DNA of 64,000 nucleotides, taken from NCBI RefSeq assembly GCF_006345805.1, contig NC_043005.1, positions 27,404,001 to 27,468,000 of the forward strand, written 5' to 3'. The DNA comes from Octopus sinensis. Lineage: Eukaryota. The position numbers and the translations under genes are program-made. Positions 62,911 to 64,000 of this stretch are shown here, piece by piece. The notes below the pieces were generated by a model. It saw only the letters and a program-made list of their open reading frames with translations, was not told where the DNA came from and did not search any database. Each line of letters starts with the position of its first letter. The stretch's first letter is position 1.

Positions 62911-63045
62911 TTCAAATTTACATAAAAATAAAAAGACGAAGCTAGGTGTAGGAACAACAAGCAGGTGTATTAGTTTGACGCTTGGGAAGAGTGGAAAAGT
63001 CTTTTACGTTTCGAGCCTACGCTCTTCGACAGAAAGGATTAAAAG
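62900..63045 (-). mobile_element. Penelope-like terminal repeat fragment ending in (TATC)n
   Basis: Homologous to 16862-17005; contains a hammerhead-like motif. Confidence 0.6.
63001..63037 (-). ncRNA. Minimal type-I hammerhead ribozyme-like motif, non-canonical core
   Basis: CCUUU CUGUCGA A GAGC-GUAG-GCUC GAA ACGU A^AAAG: stem I CUUU/AAAG, stem II GAGC/GCUC, palindromic ACGU in place of stem III, GUA triplet; position 6 is U rather than A. Confidence 0.6.
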
Positions 63046-64000
63046 GGGGAAAAATGGAGAAAGAATTAAATACACAAACACATGGGGGGGGGGGTTTCAG
63101 CCCGAAGCTATAGAAGGCATGCAAGGGGAATGAACATGATACCACGTGACTGGGAATTAAACTTAACGCCAGAGCAAGACCACCACGTAATAGTACTCCT
63201 ATATTTTATAACTTTAATAACCACATCTGGTTTCTCTTGCATCTCTACTCTATACTCAGCTTGTAGAAGAAGAGCCACACAGGATCTTATATATCATTTT
63301 ATAATTAAACTACCAGCTGCCAGTGTTACTCTAATTTTACAAAATTTTACAAAATCATCAGCGGTCTCCTCCAGGCGGATCTATCAAACTCGTGTCAGCT
63401 ACGGAAAAATTTATGTTTAAACCATGATGGTGGTGGTGGTGATGGTGGTGGTGGTGGCGGTAGTGATGGTGATGCAGCGAATAAGAAAAAAAACGGTGTC
63501 AGCAACCACACCTCTTTTAAGCATGGGAATGGCAAACAAAATAGTTGAGTAATAAAAAAAAAATATTATAATAATAATAATAAAAAGCAAGCTTGTATTT
63601 GCCTCAAGGTTATAAGAGAATGAGGAAGTTGAAGAGTGACTCTTAGGGTTTGGAATCTATTTTCAATTGTGAAAAATGGAGTGGAGAAAAGTGTTTTAGT
63701 GGTAGTCGGAAAGGGGAGTGGGGGGAGAAAACTGAAGTGTCACTCAGAAAGGAGAGTGGAGGAGAAAACTGAAGTGTCAGTCGCTGAGAACAGAGGAATG
63801 AATGAAGAAAGTTATGTGTCACTGTGTGGTAGTGGAAAAGAGAGAGAGAGAGATTAGAGCTGTCAAGTGCCACTCAGATTGGGAAGGAGAGAAAGGCACT
63901 GAGAGTAGTGAGGGAGAGAGAGGAAAAGGGAGGGAATTTCTAAAGGGGCATGAGGGAAACGAAAGTTAAATATTATTCTTTTCCTTTTTTAAAAAAAATT

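Noticed and set aside
63240-63420. Acceptor-like sites on both strands with short open frames
   Set aside because: No matching strong donor, early stops and no recognisable peptide

Overview
This is a eukaryotic, AT-rich, microsatellite-saturated window. The repeat families and simple-repeat load look like an octopus (coleoid cephalopod) genome; this is inferred from pattern recognition, not a database hit. Almost all ORFs in the supplied track are translations of (TA)n/(CA)n/triplet repeats or antisense of repeats. No intact protein-coding gene can be identified. Supported content: (i) at least five tRNA-derived SINE-like families (my labels A, B, D, E, F) in dozens of copies; (ii) decayed LINE remnants: RTE clade (one 1.9 kb copy with a PHD-type finger after the RT core, plus many 3'-UTR copies), CR1 clade, R4/Dong-like RLE, and Penelope-like GIY-YIG; (iii) DNA transposon remnants and MITEs (Tc1 with D-36 spacing, mariner, Tigger-like, piggyBac-like, two hAT); (iv) long foldback hairpins, minisatellites and two kb-scale TA/CA arrays; (v) a few weak candidate exons and a CpG-retention boundary near 47-48 kb, consistent with a minus-strand gene starting near 50.9 kb. 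The best leads are minimal hammerhead-ribozyme motifs in two repeat families (one with a non-canonical CUGUCGA core, one fused to a tRNA-like Pol III head right behind a Penelope endonuclease), a SINE/CR1 shared 3' stem-loop with compensatory changes, and the PHD-in-RT RTE element. Coordinates of degenerate repeat ends are approximate (about +/-10 bp).
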